Source: Chiloscyllium plagiosum
Lineage: Eukaryota
DNA: 64,000 nucleotides
Assembly: GCF_004010195.1 (NCBI RefSeq)
Contig: NC_057740.1
Span: 20,046,405-20,110,404 of the forward strand
Reading direction: 5' to 3'
Part shown: positions 54,301 to 61,820 of the stretch, in pieces
Layout: each line of letters opens with the position of its first letter
Numbering within the stretch: position 1 is the stretch's first letter
Notes under the pieces: model-generated
The model's input: only the letters and a program-made list of their open reading frames with translations
Told to the model about the DNA's origin: nothing
The model's database searches: none
Made by a program: the position numbers and the translations under genes

Positions 54301-57300
54301 CTAGTAAGAAATGGGTTCACATAGTCCAAAAGTTATTTTTAATAGACAAGAAGGAAACAATTTTTTAAATCATTTTATTCAAAGGCAGATCTCTCAAATG
54401 AAAGAACTGTCCGCAAACTCCGTTTCATTTTGTTCATAGTACAGATAGTTAATTTAAGACTTTGTTGCAATTTTATTATTATCAATTTACAGACACTCAG
54501 TTGAAAGAATTGATACATGTTACAAATAATACTTAATATTGAAAATTCTCATGCATGATTTTTATCCCTTCGCCATCTCACTCAACAACTTTGGAATCTT
54601 AAATGATGTATACAAATCATAGAATCCCTACAGAATGAAATCAGACCATTAGGCCCATCAAGTCCACACAGACCCTCTGGGGAGCATCCCATCCTGACCA
54701 TCAATCCCATGACCCAGAATTTCCTATGGCTAACCCACCTAGCCTGCACATCCCTGGACCCAATGGGCACAGTCAATCCACCTAACCTGCACAGATCTTT
54801 GGATTATGGGAGGAAACCAGAGCAAACCTATGCAGACATGGGGAGATGTACAAACTTCACAAAAACAGTGCCCTAGGCTTTGGTTGAACCCAGATCCCTG
54901 GTGCTGTGAGGCAGCAGTGCTAACCACTGGGCCACAGTGCAGCACCAACTCAGTACTCTCAACATCTGTCCCAAGTGAATTTTGGGCACTGGATATTGAA
55001 AGACTATCCAACTGTAGAAGCCAATATAATTAGACCCAATACCACTTTCACTCAGTATCCAGGTATATAAATGTTGCTGGGTAGGGTGTTGACTACATAG
55101 ACTTCAGTGATTTCTCTCCCTGTAGCATTAGGAATTTGAGACCATTTGTGGGACCTTCATCACAACTTAACTGAGGAATCACTTCAGGAATCAGTATGGG
55201 TCCTTTCCAGTTTGCGTTATATGACTGTTTGCAGAATAAACTCACAGTGCCATCAGGAAACTACAGCAAGCGAAGTGCTTTTTTGGCAACATTAATAGAA
55301 TAGTTCTGCTAAACTGTTAAACTGACAAGATATCAGAATATAACTTCATCTTGTTTGTCTGCTTGAAAATCATGAATTATCTGAAAATTACGTAATTCAT
55401 TGTTAACATAAAATTAGGTTCAACTTTAGAGTCCTTTACATATGCTTATATTGCAGAACTAGGGAAAACAAGTTTCTAATTTCAGCTTTAATTTTTTATC
55501 TACATTTATTAGTTTATTTAAAAGAACTGTTGGAGGCATTTATATTTAAATGTTTTAAAGATTTACTAAGCAAATCTTTAAAACATTTAAATATAAATGC
55601 CTCCAACAGTTCTTGATTTGCTTTACTTTCCAACTGGTCTTATGTAAACTTTTCCTACAGTCTTTATAGTCAATTACAATTATTGTTGCATGAGTTTTGG
55701 AAAACATTAAAAATGCACTTTCTTTTTAGGTTGTGAGCAACTGAAAACTACTGTGGAACCTGCTACACCTGTAGAACGAGAGCTGCCAGTAATGTCAGAA
55801 AAACAGGGAGATCTCACCTTTGAAGTTAACTTCACAGTAATAAACTATAACTTTACAGATGGACTCCAAATTCCAAGTTCTGCTGAATACAGACACATGA
55901 CAACAAATCTTATGCGAAACGTATGCACTTTGTTTTTCACTAACAGCATTAACGTTAGAATATTTATTTAAAATACCTGTATATTAAATAATGGTTTCCA
56001 GAAAGCAAATTGTTTGCACTTGATTTAGTTAGTTATTCAATACAGACTTTGAAATATTTTTCAGTGTTACAAACAAAAGTAGAAACTATATTTTAAACTT
56101 GCTGTTCTAAGTTATTAATTGCTGTTTTAAGTATAACTTTATATGTTTTGAAAAGAGAAAATTTACAATTACTCTTATATTTCTTCAGCTCTCAAATTTA
56201 TTTGAAAACAGCATGTTAAAGGACAGTTATAAATTTTGCCACATTACTAGTTTAAGGTAAGATTAAAAAAATTACTATTCTTATATAAGCTGAGTAAAAT
56301 CATTTAGGTCAGTAATCCACTACATGAAATCTCATTATGGTCAGAGCAAAAATAAATGTATAGCCTAAGCAGTGGGAATGTGAGGGATAAAGAAAATAAG
56401 TTAAAATTATAAAAATAAAAGCTATATATCAGCAGTTACCAAGACTCTAAAGTAAGTATCCTTTATTCAATGAAATGTGAAAGAAGATCTAGTTTTAACT
56501 TCAGAACTTCAATAGTTTGTCTGTTTGTTTAATCCCTTCCTCAAAATACAGTGAATGCAGATTTTTTTAAAAAGGCAGAGGTAAATAGATTCTTGATTAT
56601 CAAGAGGATGAATGATTCTCGAAGGTATGCAATAATGTAGAGCTGAAATCAAAACCATATCAGCTACATTCTTATCGAATGGCAGAGCAGGCCTGAGGGG
56701 CCAAGTGGCCTATTCATTTTTCTTTGTCATGTATCTTGGCATTTAAGCAAACGGCATAGAGCCTTTTGTTTTTTAACAGGGTAATCGCAAAAAAACGTTC
56801 AGAATTTGAAGCATTATAAACTGTTAGAAGTGAAGCATAAATGAAATAAAAGAAGTTTACTTCAAAGGGTCTTGAGTGCAGAATGGCAAAGGTCAAGATT
56901 TTTACGAATGGAGGATCAAGATATTTGGGGTATAACTTCTATTGAGATAGTTCCCTTTTGACCTGGCCATAAAAATACTGGGAGGGCAGAGGCACATATG
57001 TTGGCTTATTCAAGACATAAATTATTTCCATTCTGTTTTTAAAATTGTGATTATGGTGGTGAGCATCTTTGGTCTGAGGTTTCCCTTTAGGTTCTAAGAA
57101 AGCTTCAAACATTTATTAAGAAAAAGTAGTCAACTGTGGGAGAATAGTTAGCTTCAACAAGGTTCATGCCTCTTTTTCTGTTGGTGCACGATGTAAACAA
57201 TTTAACAGTTTGTTGTTCAGATGCTTCTAAGTGTTTTGAAGGAAGGCAGTAAGGTCAAGTCCAGCAATTACAAACCACTCAGTTTTACTTCAGTGGTGAA

Positions 57301-60300
57301 GAAGCATATAGAAACAACTATTCAGCATAGAATTTATAGTCGCACAGAAGAGGTTGTGTTGATTAGGAAGAGCCAGGTGGATTTTTAAAAGGACAATAGT
57401 GTTTAAATAACCTGCTGGAATCCTTTGAAGAGATAATGGAAAGGCTTAGTGATGAATGTGATATACTTGGAATTCCAGAAGGAATTTAATATTTATGTCA
57501 TACAACTGACCTATGAAGAAAGATATTGATTGTGGAATAAAAGGGAAACAAAATTGACTGAGTGATAGAAAGCAAAAACTAATGGTCAATGTATTTTATT
57601 TTGAGGTTGGCTTGTGCAGGAGTTTGCATTGGGGCCCTTGCTTTTCATGACTAACATTAATGATGTAGCGGACAACATCAAAGACAATGGATAATATAAG
57701 AATTGAAACTTTTACAAACTGTGTGGAGGAAAATATACAACTCCAGAAGGACATTGACATGTGGCTGGAGTGGGCAGACAGGTGGCAGATAGGGTTTTAA
57801 TACAGTGAGCTGTGAGGAAGAACAATAGAAGATAAAGCAAAATAGGCAGTAGAGTTCTAAAGTTAAGGGGGTGGGGCAGTGGCAGTGGTGGGGGGGGGTG
57901 GCGGGAGGGGGTGGTAGGAGGAAGGAGCAGAGGGGCTTGGCAGGACAGGCTGAGATAGCCTCTCATGAAGCCAATGCGATCTTGGCTTTATTAATCAGGG
58001 CATAAAGTACAGCAGCAAGGAAGTGATGTTGAATTTGGATAAGATACATGTTAGACCTCAGTTGGAATATTGTATACAATATTGAGCGCCACATTATAGG
58101 AAGGATATGAATGTATTGGAGAGAATGCTGAAGCAATTTACAAGTACAGTTCCAGGGATGAGAAATTTCTATATGAGGATAGATTGAAAGAGTTGGGTTT
58201 GTTGTTCATGGAGAAATGAAAACTATGAGAAGGTCTGATAGATATTTTCAAAATTATAAGGGGTGGATACCATTGATAGAGAGAAACAGTTCATGCTTTC
58301 AAAAGGATCAAGAACCAGAGGGCATATATTTAAAATGATTTGCTAAAAAAACAAATGTGAGATGTGAAAACTAATAGTTAGGGTAAGGAATGCACTGCCT
58401 GGATTTATGGTGGAGGCAAGTTCAATTGAAGCATTCAAGAAGGCATTAGCTGATTATTTATATAGAAATAACATGCAAGAGTATGAGGGTAAAGCAGGAG
58501 ATTGGCAGGAGGTAATGATGCATACTTGAAGAGCCATTGTGAACATGATGGATCTAATGACCTTCTCTGTGCCTTAACATTTGTTTCCAGAATTGCACTG
58601 GCTACCTGAGGATCCTATGTGATTAAACTCATTCCAAGACCCATCTGCCTGAGGACTCCTGTTCCACCCCTTATTAGACCCCAGATCCTTCTCTCCAACT
58701 TTTTTCTCACTAGCAATATCCCCAAAGCCCTCATAAAATTCTAGAACAAAGAGTGGGAAAATAATAAAAATAGAAACTGTTGGTCTGGCAGCATCTGTGG
58801 TGAGAGAAACAGAGTTAACATTTTTAGTCCCATGACATTTCTGTGAATTGTAATGTGGGATTGAAAGAGAGAAAAAATGATTTCATTTCTATATGTTGAA
58901 ACACCAATAATAATTAAAATATAAAATAACTTCCAGTAGGTGCACACTTGCAGTTAAATGTGCAATCTGGAAAATAGCACGTGCGCACCTACTGGACATT
59001 ACTTTCATGTCTATGTGTCCCAAATTACAATTTCCATTTTCAATTTTTAATTATGAGGCTTTCTGCTTGCAGTAGCATTATTTTTAACCAATCTAATTGT
59101 CTATGTTAACCATATATATATGCTGTGCAAAAGACTTCATTCACTATATAATTAAGATTTTATTTCTATTTTAATTTCTGGTCTGTTTCAACAGTCCAGG
59201 ATCAATCAAAGTTTCCACTTCTTGCTACTTTGATCCTTCAAAATCAAACAGACCAATCCTTGCAAAAGAACTGAGATCAGAATTTGATGTTGGAACAAAT
59301 GGATCAAGATGGCTTGGCAGATCATTTCAACTTAGAAGTGATAGTGTATCTGTGGGTATGTATCAGTCCTGCATTGTTATTCTGAATTGATTCACATATT
59401 TTATAATGATTTTTATTAGCAACGAACTGTCATTCTAATAAACATAAAGGCGTGCAATTTGCTGTGAAAGTTAATTGTGATGCATAAATTTATACTGTGC
59501 CTTAAGGTGGGATAAATTAGGAATATCAAATAAATATAAATGTTTTCTGCATTTTATTCTCATGCTACCTCCAAAATATAACATGGGAATTAAAGGATAC
59601 AATATATCATAACACAGAACTATAATTTCATAGATCTTTGTTCAACAATTGTTCTAAAATGTGAATGTTTTCTAAAACTCCTCCAGTCTCAATTTGTATC
59701 AATTTGAACCAATGTTTAAAAGAGCCTAGAAAGAGTTTGTGGTCAGCAGGGCTACACATAGTTTTACACACTGGATGCACCAACAGGTTGATGCTTAAGT
59801 ACATTATTGGGAGAAGGAGCAAATGCAAGAAGAAAATAGGACAGGCGATGTTCAGAGACCTAAGGAGACAGTTGGACTTTTAAAGGCTTGGTGGTATCAA
59901 AAAGTGCTGAGAGTGCCACATATATTTCAATAAAGATTAGGCATGAAAAACGTGCTTAAAATGAACATTGGTTTGTTGACTTCCTTTAACTGAAACATGT
60001 TGCTAAGCAGCACCTTCTGTGGAATCTAAAGTGATTATCCATTCAAATCTGATGGACCAGAGCCTTTCAGGTTTCAGCTTGGAGAAATGATTTGAATTCA
60101 CTACTGCATCACAGCAAAAGCAAATTCCCTCATTCAACACACTTTATATTGTGTGATTCAAACTCTTTGAATCAGAAGCAAAAACAGAAATTGCAGGAAA
60201 AGCTCAGCAGGTCTGGCAGCATCTGTGGAGAGAAATCAGAGCTAACATTTCTGGTCCAGTGACCCTTGCTCAGAACTGGACCCAAAACATTAACTCTGAT

Positions 60301-61013
60301 TTCTCTCCAGAGATGCTGCCAGACCTGCTGAGCTTTCCCAGCAATTTCTGTTTTAGTTTCTGATTTCCAGCATCCACAGTTCTTGTGGTTTTTCTTTAAA
60401 TTGATACTTTAACATACAGTCCCTTTTGGGAAAAAAATCTGCATTCTTACCTGGTCTGGCCTATATGTGATCCATAACAGCCAGTCTTAACTCTGACCTG
60501 CACTCTGGGCAAGTAGAAATGAGCAATAAATACTGGCCTTGCTAGTGATGCCCAAATCCCATGTACAAAAAAGTAAAACAAAGTAGCATAATGTTCAAGT
60601 CCAGGATAAGTTTTGCTACAATACGAAAACAAGCTGTTCATACTTTGTTCTAAATTAAGCCCTCATCACTCTTTACCTTGCTCTTGAACATGCACCCTGG
60701 TTGCTGGACACCTAAAGTCCAGCACAATGTTAAAACAAGTCTTGTTTTCCTTTTATAGCTTATCGTAATGCTTGCCCAAAAATATTGAATATATTTTCTA
60801 TATGCTTAAGCATAAGCTATAATTGGAATATATTTATTGGTTATTTTCATTATTATTGTATGTACAATTGTATTTTTATATTGTGTTTATCTCCATGCAG
60901 ACCCCATGGCTCCTGTCTTCTCTGATCGATTTGAATTACCGTATTGGGCCATCATAGTTATAGTATTTGCCATTCTGCTTGCTCTGTTCCTCATTACGAT
61001 TTTAGCTCTCTTG
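12297..61013 (+). CDS. MUC16: Partial multi-exon mucin-16-like transmembrane mucin (13 tandem SEA modules P1-P13 + transmembrane exon; 5' end and probably the cytoplasmic tail not seen)
   Basis: 53 in-frame exons. SEA repeats have MUC16-type motifs (FNVTFTITNL, LFKNSSI..FS.C, VDRV..Y..F, LGPYTLD..SLYVNG) and a Cys loop. The TM exon ELPYWAIIVI resembles human MUC16 DLPFWAVILI as recalled. Orthology is inferred, not tested. Confidence 0.85.
12754..12887 (+). CDS. P1 exon A
   Basis: 134 nt; LIPLLTPAEEPNLTAYNVTFIISSPSFQ...LIENE. Confidence 0.9.
12983..13050 (+). CDS. P1 exon B
   Basis: 68 nt; LNDLFKNSSINATFFSCRFQSL. Confidence 0.9.
13347..13516 (+). CDS. P1 exon C
   Basis: 170 nt; MVDGDSSTVTAMCSF...LGPYTLDKDSLHVN. 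Confidence 0.9.
14535..14561 (+). CDS. P1 exon D
   Basis: 27 nt; (D)YHEDRLIT. Confidence 0.85.
14998..15131 (+). CDS. P2 exon A
   Basis: 134 nt; AIPLVTPTEEPKLTDYNVTF...MIVNE; aag acceptor. Confidence 0.88.
15228..15295 (+). CDS. P2 exon B
   Basis: 68 nt; LEELFKNSSINATFSSCRFHSL. Confidence 0.9.
15587..15756 (+). CDS. P2 exon C
   Basis: 170 nt; MVDGDRSTVTAMCSF...SLYVN. Confidence 0.9.
16718..16744 (+). CDS. P2 exon D
   Basis: 27 nt; (D)YHEVQLLT. Confidence 0.85.
17187..17320 (+). CDS. P3 exon A
   Basis: 134 nt; AIPLVTPTEEPKLTDYNLTF...MIVNE. Confidence 0.9.
17417..17484 (+). CDS. P3 exon B
   Basis: 68 nt; LNELFKNSSINATFSSCRFHSL. Confidence 0.9.
17775..17944 (+). CDS. P3 exon C
   Basis: 170 nt; MVDGHSSTVTAMCSF...SLHIN. 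Confidence 0.9.
18884..18910 (+). CDS. P3 exon D
   Basis: 27 nt; (D)YHEAQLLT. Confidence 0.85.
19316..19449 (+). CDS. P4 exon A
   Basis: 134 nt; SIPPVTPSGEPKLTDYNVTF...MIANE. Confidence 0.9.
19546..19613 (+). CDS. P4 exon B
   Basis: 68 nt; LDGLFKNSSINATFSSCRFHSF. Confidence 0.9.
19911..20080 (+). CDS. P4 exon C
   Basis: 170 nt; MVDGDSSTVTAMCSF...LGPYTLDKDSLYVN. Confidence 0.9.
20828..21040. mobile_element. Penelope-derived hairpin element
   Basis: Inverted arms; perfect 17-bp TSD ctcatttgactgctgtc at 20811-20827 and 21041-21057; absent from the paralogous units. Confidence 0.8.
21311..21337 (+). CDS. P4 exon D
   Basis: 27 nt; (D)YHEARLVT. Confidence 0.85.
21545..21856 (-). mobile_element. 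HE1-type SINE
   Basis: tRNA-like head (ggtggctcagtgg..., ggttcaattcc) and CR1-like tail on the minus strand. Confidence 0.85.
22083..22216 (+). CDS. P5 exon A
   Basis: 134 nt; ALPRVTPTAEPSLVDYNVTCIISSPSFQ...MIVNE. Confidence 0.9.
22310..22377 (+). CDS. P5 exon B
   Basis: 68 nt; LDDLFENSSINITFSRCRFHSF. Confidence 0.9.
22684..22853 (+). CDS. P5 exon C
   Basis: 170 nt; MVNGDSSAVTAICSF...SLYVN. Confidence 0.9.
23268..23294 (+). CDS. P5 exon D
   Basis: 27 nt; (D)YHETRLAS. Confidence 0.85.
23700..24778 (-). mobile_element. CR1 LINE RT/C-terminal fragment
   Basis: Peptides TKFADNTKIG, WQLEFNLDKCEVM, HLEYCAQFWS, GLSYEERLNSLGLYTLE; TSD tgccagag. Confidence 0.9.
24916..25206 (-). mobile_element. 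HE1-type SINE
   Basis: Full-length match to the other copies; flanked by tatt. Confidence 0.88.
25541..25686 (+). CDS. P6 exon A
   Basis: 146 nt; VIPVLSVTTTPEKKLRPIDYNVTFIINRP...IGKV. Confidence 0.88.
25778..25845 (+). CDS. P6 exon B
   Basis: 68 nt; LNELFKNSSIKATFSRCSVHML. Confidence 0.9.
26785..27115 (-). mobile_element. tRNA-derived SINE of the second family
   Basis: B-box-like gttcaaaacc on the minus strand; similar to 8655-9020. Confidence 0.6.
27627..27796 (+). CDS. P6 exon C
   Basis: 170 nt; MIDGDRGRVTAICAF...SLYVN. Confidence 0.9.
28809..28835 (+). CDS. P6 exon D
   Basis: 27 nt; (D)YHEALPLI. Confidence 0.85.
29447..29607 (+). CDS. P7 exon A
   Basis: 161 nt; EPPIVPVTKNPIQSQRPSSFNVTFTIDNLPF...SASNIITHK. 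Confidence 0.9.
29697..29764 (+). CDS. P7 exon B
   Basis: 68 nt; LNELYRGSNIKATFSKCTIGSL. Confidence 0.9.
30248..30417 (+). CDS. P7 exon C
   Basis: 170 nt; ATTSQKTKVYAMCSF...SLYVD. Confidence 0.9.
31158..31184 (+). CDS. P7 exon D
   Basis: 27 nt; (D)YHESTPTT. Confidence 0.85.
31508..31641 (+). CDS. P8 exon A
   Basis: 134 nt; QAPNQNQESGFNVTFTIINLPY...SASTIITYK. Confidence 0.9.
31730..31797 (+). CDS. P8 exon B
   Basis: 68 nt; LNSTFKNSDIKTAFTDCKVISL. Confidence 0.9.
32405..33210 (-). mobile_element. CR1 3' fragment interrupted by an HE1 SINE
   Basis: GLNGLSYRERLDKLG peptide; the CR1 sequence resumes after the SINE. Confidence 0.8.
32788..33105 (+). mobile_element. HE1-type tRNA-derived SINE, well preserved
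   Basis: ggcggcacggtggcacagtggtt (A box), gggttcaattcc (B box), body gtgtggagtttgcacattctcc, tail gggcctgtttccacactgta. Confidence 0.9.
34144..34313 (+). CDS. P8 exon C
   Basis: 170 nt; GTSKKMTKVYAICSF...SLYVN. Confidence 0.9.
34619..34645 (+). CDS. P8 exon D
   Basis: 27 nt; (D)YHESTPPN. Confidence 0.85.
34953..34975 (+). pseudogene. Relic 3' end of an exon C from a deleted SEA module
   Basis: acagtctctatgtaaatg|gtatg matches the SLYVNG exon end plus donor seen at 43045-43067; no exon A, exon B or upstream part of exon C precedes it. Confidence 0.75.
35272..35298 (+). CDS. Extra (orphan) exon D of the deleted module
   Basis: 27 nt; (D)YHESTPST; ttttcag/gtgag intact; phase 1-1. Confidence 0.75.
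35622..35758 (+). CDS. P9 exon A
   Basis: 137 nt; QMPTQKSLPRGFNVTFTVTSLPF...VLVNE. Confidence 0.9.
35847..35914 (+). CDS. P9 exon B
   Basis: 68 nt; LNLMYNRSDISAEFTNCKVISL. Confidence 0.9.
36060..37020 (-). mobile_element. Decayed CR1 fragment containing a short plus-strand CR1 3' tail at 36495-36570 ending (ctattgt)n
   Basis: ggagaccaaaactgtacatggtattcaagatgtggtc corresponds to the HLEY..QFWSP region. Confidence 0.6.
37025..37880 (-). mobile_element. CR1 LINE 3' fragment
   Basis: Peptides WKMEFNLEKCEVIHFG, HLEYCVQF, FRGDVRGKCFTQRVV. Confidence 0.9.
37925..38105. mobile_element. Penelope-derived hairpin element, diverged
   Basis: Inverted arms similar to 60175-60390. Confidence 0.55.
38870..39443 (-). 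mobile_element. CR1 (HER1-like) LINE 3' fragment
   Basis: Peptide FTQRVVRVWNELPEEVVEAGTITAFKRHLD. Confidence 0.9.
39971..40140 (+). CDS. P9 exon C
   Basis: 170 nt; ATISELTKAYAICYF...SLYVN. Confidence 0.9.
41356..41382 (+). CDS. P9 exon D
   Basis: 27 nt; (G)YHEAIPPT. Confidence 0.85.
41676..41812 (+). CDS. P10 exon A
   Basis: 137 nt; DTSNQDQSSPEFNVTFIITNLPF...SIITYE. Confidence 0.9.
41903..41970 (+). CDS. P10 exon B
   Basis: 68 nt; LNLMYSKSNISTEFTDCKVISL. Confidence 0.9.
42896..43062 (+). CDS. P10 exon C
   Basis: 167 nt (one codon shorter); ATNNQETRVFANCSF...SLYVN. Confidence 0.9.
43190..43395 (+). mobile_element. Short tRNA-derived SINE, diverged
   Basis: tRNA-like head with ggattcaattcc B box; ends actttaccttttac. 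Confidence 0.45.
43576..43602 (+). CDS. P10 exon D
   Basis: 27 nt; (D)YQETTGSN. Confidence 0.8.
43750..44110 (+). mobile_element. LINE 3' fragment (same family as 9190-9590)
   Basis: Reverse-complement similarity to 6590-6790 and 9190-9590. Confidence 0.5.
45160..45890 (-). mobile_element. Rex1/Babar-like LINE 3' fragment
   Basis: Minus strand encodes a degenerate TIKSILSVCITTCYGNCT motif; (TTCAA)n tail at 45159-45180. Confidence 0.7.
46310..46440 (+). CDS. P11 exon A (acceptor at 46310 or 46313)
   Basis: 131/128 nt; AKLNQSPSEFNVTFTITSLPF...TIITHE. Confidence 0.85.
46529..46596 (+). CDS. P11 exon B
   Basis: 68 nt; LNTLYNESEISSEFIDCKVISL. Confidence 0.9.
47547..47716 (+). CDS. P11 exon C
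   Basis: 170 nt; ATSSQFTKVYAICSF...SLFVN. Confidence 0.9.
47772..48026. mobile_element. Penelope-derived hairpin element, second family (partial copy at 44620-44722)
   Basis: Inverted arms aaagttaaaaatcacacaacaccaggtt...ggaagcac and complement; CTGATGA..GAAA core on the minus strand. Confidence 0.7.
48718..48744 (+). CDS. P11 exon D
   Basis: 27 nt; (G)YHEPTTQI. Confidence 0.85.
50868..51028 (+). CDS. P12 exon A
   Basis: 161 nt; EPPVMPVTQNPIEGQKPLCFNVSFGITNLP...MIHQ. Confidence 0.9.
51116..51183 (+). CDS. P12 exon B
   Basis: 68 nt; LNNLYRNSNINAAFLECTITSL. Confidence 0.9.
52505..52790 (-). mobile_element. CR1 3' fragment
   Basis: Peptide VWNELPEEMAEAGTITAFKRHID; same family as 38870-39443. 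Confidence 0.88.
52929..53092 (+). CDS. P12 exon C
   Basis: 164 nt; ATNEIYVKVQAACAF...YTLESNSLLIT. Confidence 0.88.
53648..54235. mobile_element. Penelope-derived element, third family: inverted arm plus 142-bp tandem duplication
   Basis: 53680-53880 is the inverse of 53890-54235; 53941-54082 is repeated at 54083-54224; TSD catat(a/g)agtataatgc at 53632-53647 and 54236-54251. Confidence 0.7.
54615..54940 (-). mobile_element. HE1-related SINE, diverged
   Basis: ctggtgctgtgaggcagcagtgctaaccact head shared with the other copies. Confidence 0.7.
55522..55614. repeat. Perfect 43-bp inverted repeat with 7-nt spacer
   Basis: 55522-55564 is the exact reverse complement of 55572-55614. Confidence 0.95.
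55730..55920 (+). CDS. P13 exon A (long; includes the linker that elsewhere is encoded by exon D)
   Basis: 191 nt; (G)CEQLKTTVEPATP...FEVNFTVINYNF...SSAEYRHMTTNLMRN; tttttag/gtatgc. Confidence 0.88.
56189..56256 (+). CDS. P13 exon B
   Basis: 68 nt; LSNLFENSMLKDSYKFCHITSL. Confidence 0.9.
57400..58580 (+). mobile_element. Decayed CR1 RT/3' fragment
   Basis: gttagacctcagttggaatattgtatacaa (VRPQLEYCIQ); frameshifted. Confidence 0.75.
59195..59355 (+). CDS. P13 exon C, membrane-proximal SEA with GSIKV motif
   Basis: 161 nt, phase 2-1; PGSIKVSTSCYFDPS...WLGRSFQLRSDSVSV; acag/gtatgt. Confidence 0.85.
60175..60390. mobile_element. Penelope-derived hairpin element (related partial copies near 50435-50530, 51670-51810, 58770-58840)
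   Basis: Arms aagctcagcaggtctggcagcatctgtggagagaaatcagag and complement. Confidence 0.7.
60901..61013 (+). CDS. Juxtamembrane + transmembrane exon
   Basis: 113 nt, phase 1-0; (D)PMAPVFSDRFELPYWAIIVIVFAILLALFLITILALL; gcag/gtaagt. Confidence 0.9.
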
Positions 61014-61469
61014 GTAAGTATATTCAGTTGCCTTAATGATATTGTATTACAAAATTGTAGACCAGCTATCACATTAAGGTATGCAGGTTTGTTTTGCCTG
61101 TTTACTAGTTGCAGAATTACTTGGCCAAACTAAAGTTCTGTTAAATAATTGAAGAAGTTACCTCACATATTTACTCAGTAATTTTTCAAAACTATTGATG
61201 GAAAAGATTATCTAAAACAACTCAATAATTTCTCAAACCAGTATCAGAGATGAAAGATGTATTTGAATATTTCTATTCCAGAAATGTTCTCAAAACCATT
61301 TGCAAAAAATGCTTTTTGAAGCTTTCACAAGCTTAATTTGTTAGTTCAATGTTTTTGTTACATCCTTTTGCCACATGTTGACATCCCAATGCCCAGATTA
61401 TGGAGAAATGTGTTATTGACTGCAGTATTGAGATGGTGATGTGTATCATGATGTAATAATGATATCAAC

Positions 61470-61820
61470 AACCATAGGGTCACACAGCACTGAAACAGAC
61501 CCTTCAGTCCAACCAGTCCATGCCGAACGTAATCCCAAACTAAACTAGTCCTACCTGCCTGCTCCTGGTCCATGTCCCTCCAAATCTTACCTCTTCATGT
61601 GCTTATCCAAATGTCTTTTAAGCATCCATCCCTTACATCCACCACTCCCTCGGGAAGTTCATTCAACACACGATCTACTCTCTGTGTAAAAATATTTGCG
61701 CCTCATGACTTTTTTTTCAAATCTCTCTCCTCTCACTTTAAAAATGTGCCCCCTAGTCTTGAAATCCCCCATTCTAGGAAAAAGACAATAATCATTAACT
61801 CTATCTATACTGCTTATTAG
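61470..61820 (-). mobile_element. CR1 3' fragment
   Basis: Similar to the other CR1 tails (ctctctgtgtaaaa, ggaagttcattc). Confidence 0.7.

Noticed and set aside
57866-57940. G-rich tract as a functional G-quadruplex
   Set aside because: It is embedded in a decayed CR1 copy, with no evidence beyond composition.
12297-61013. Each SEA-like ORF in the ORF track as a separate small gene
   Set aside because: The ORFs are single exons read through into introns; splice phases link them into one reading frame.
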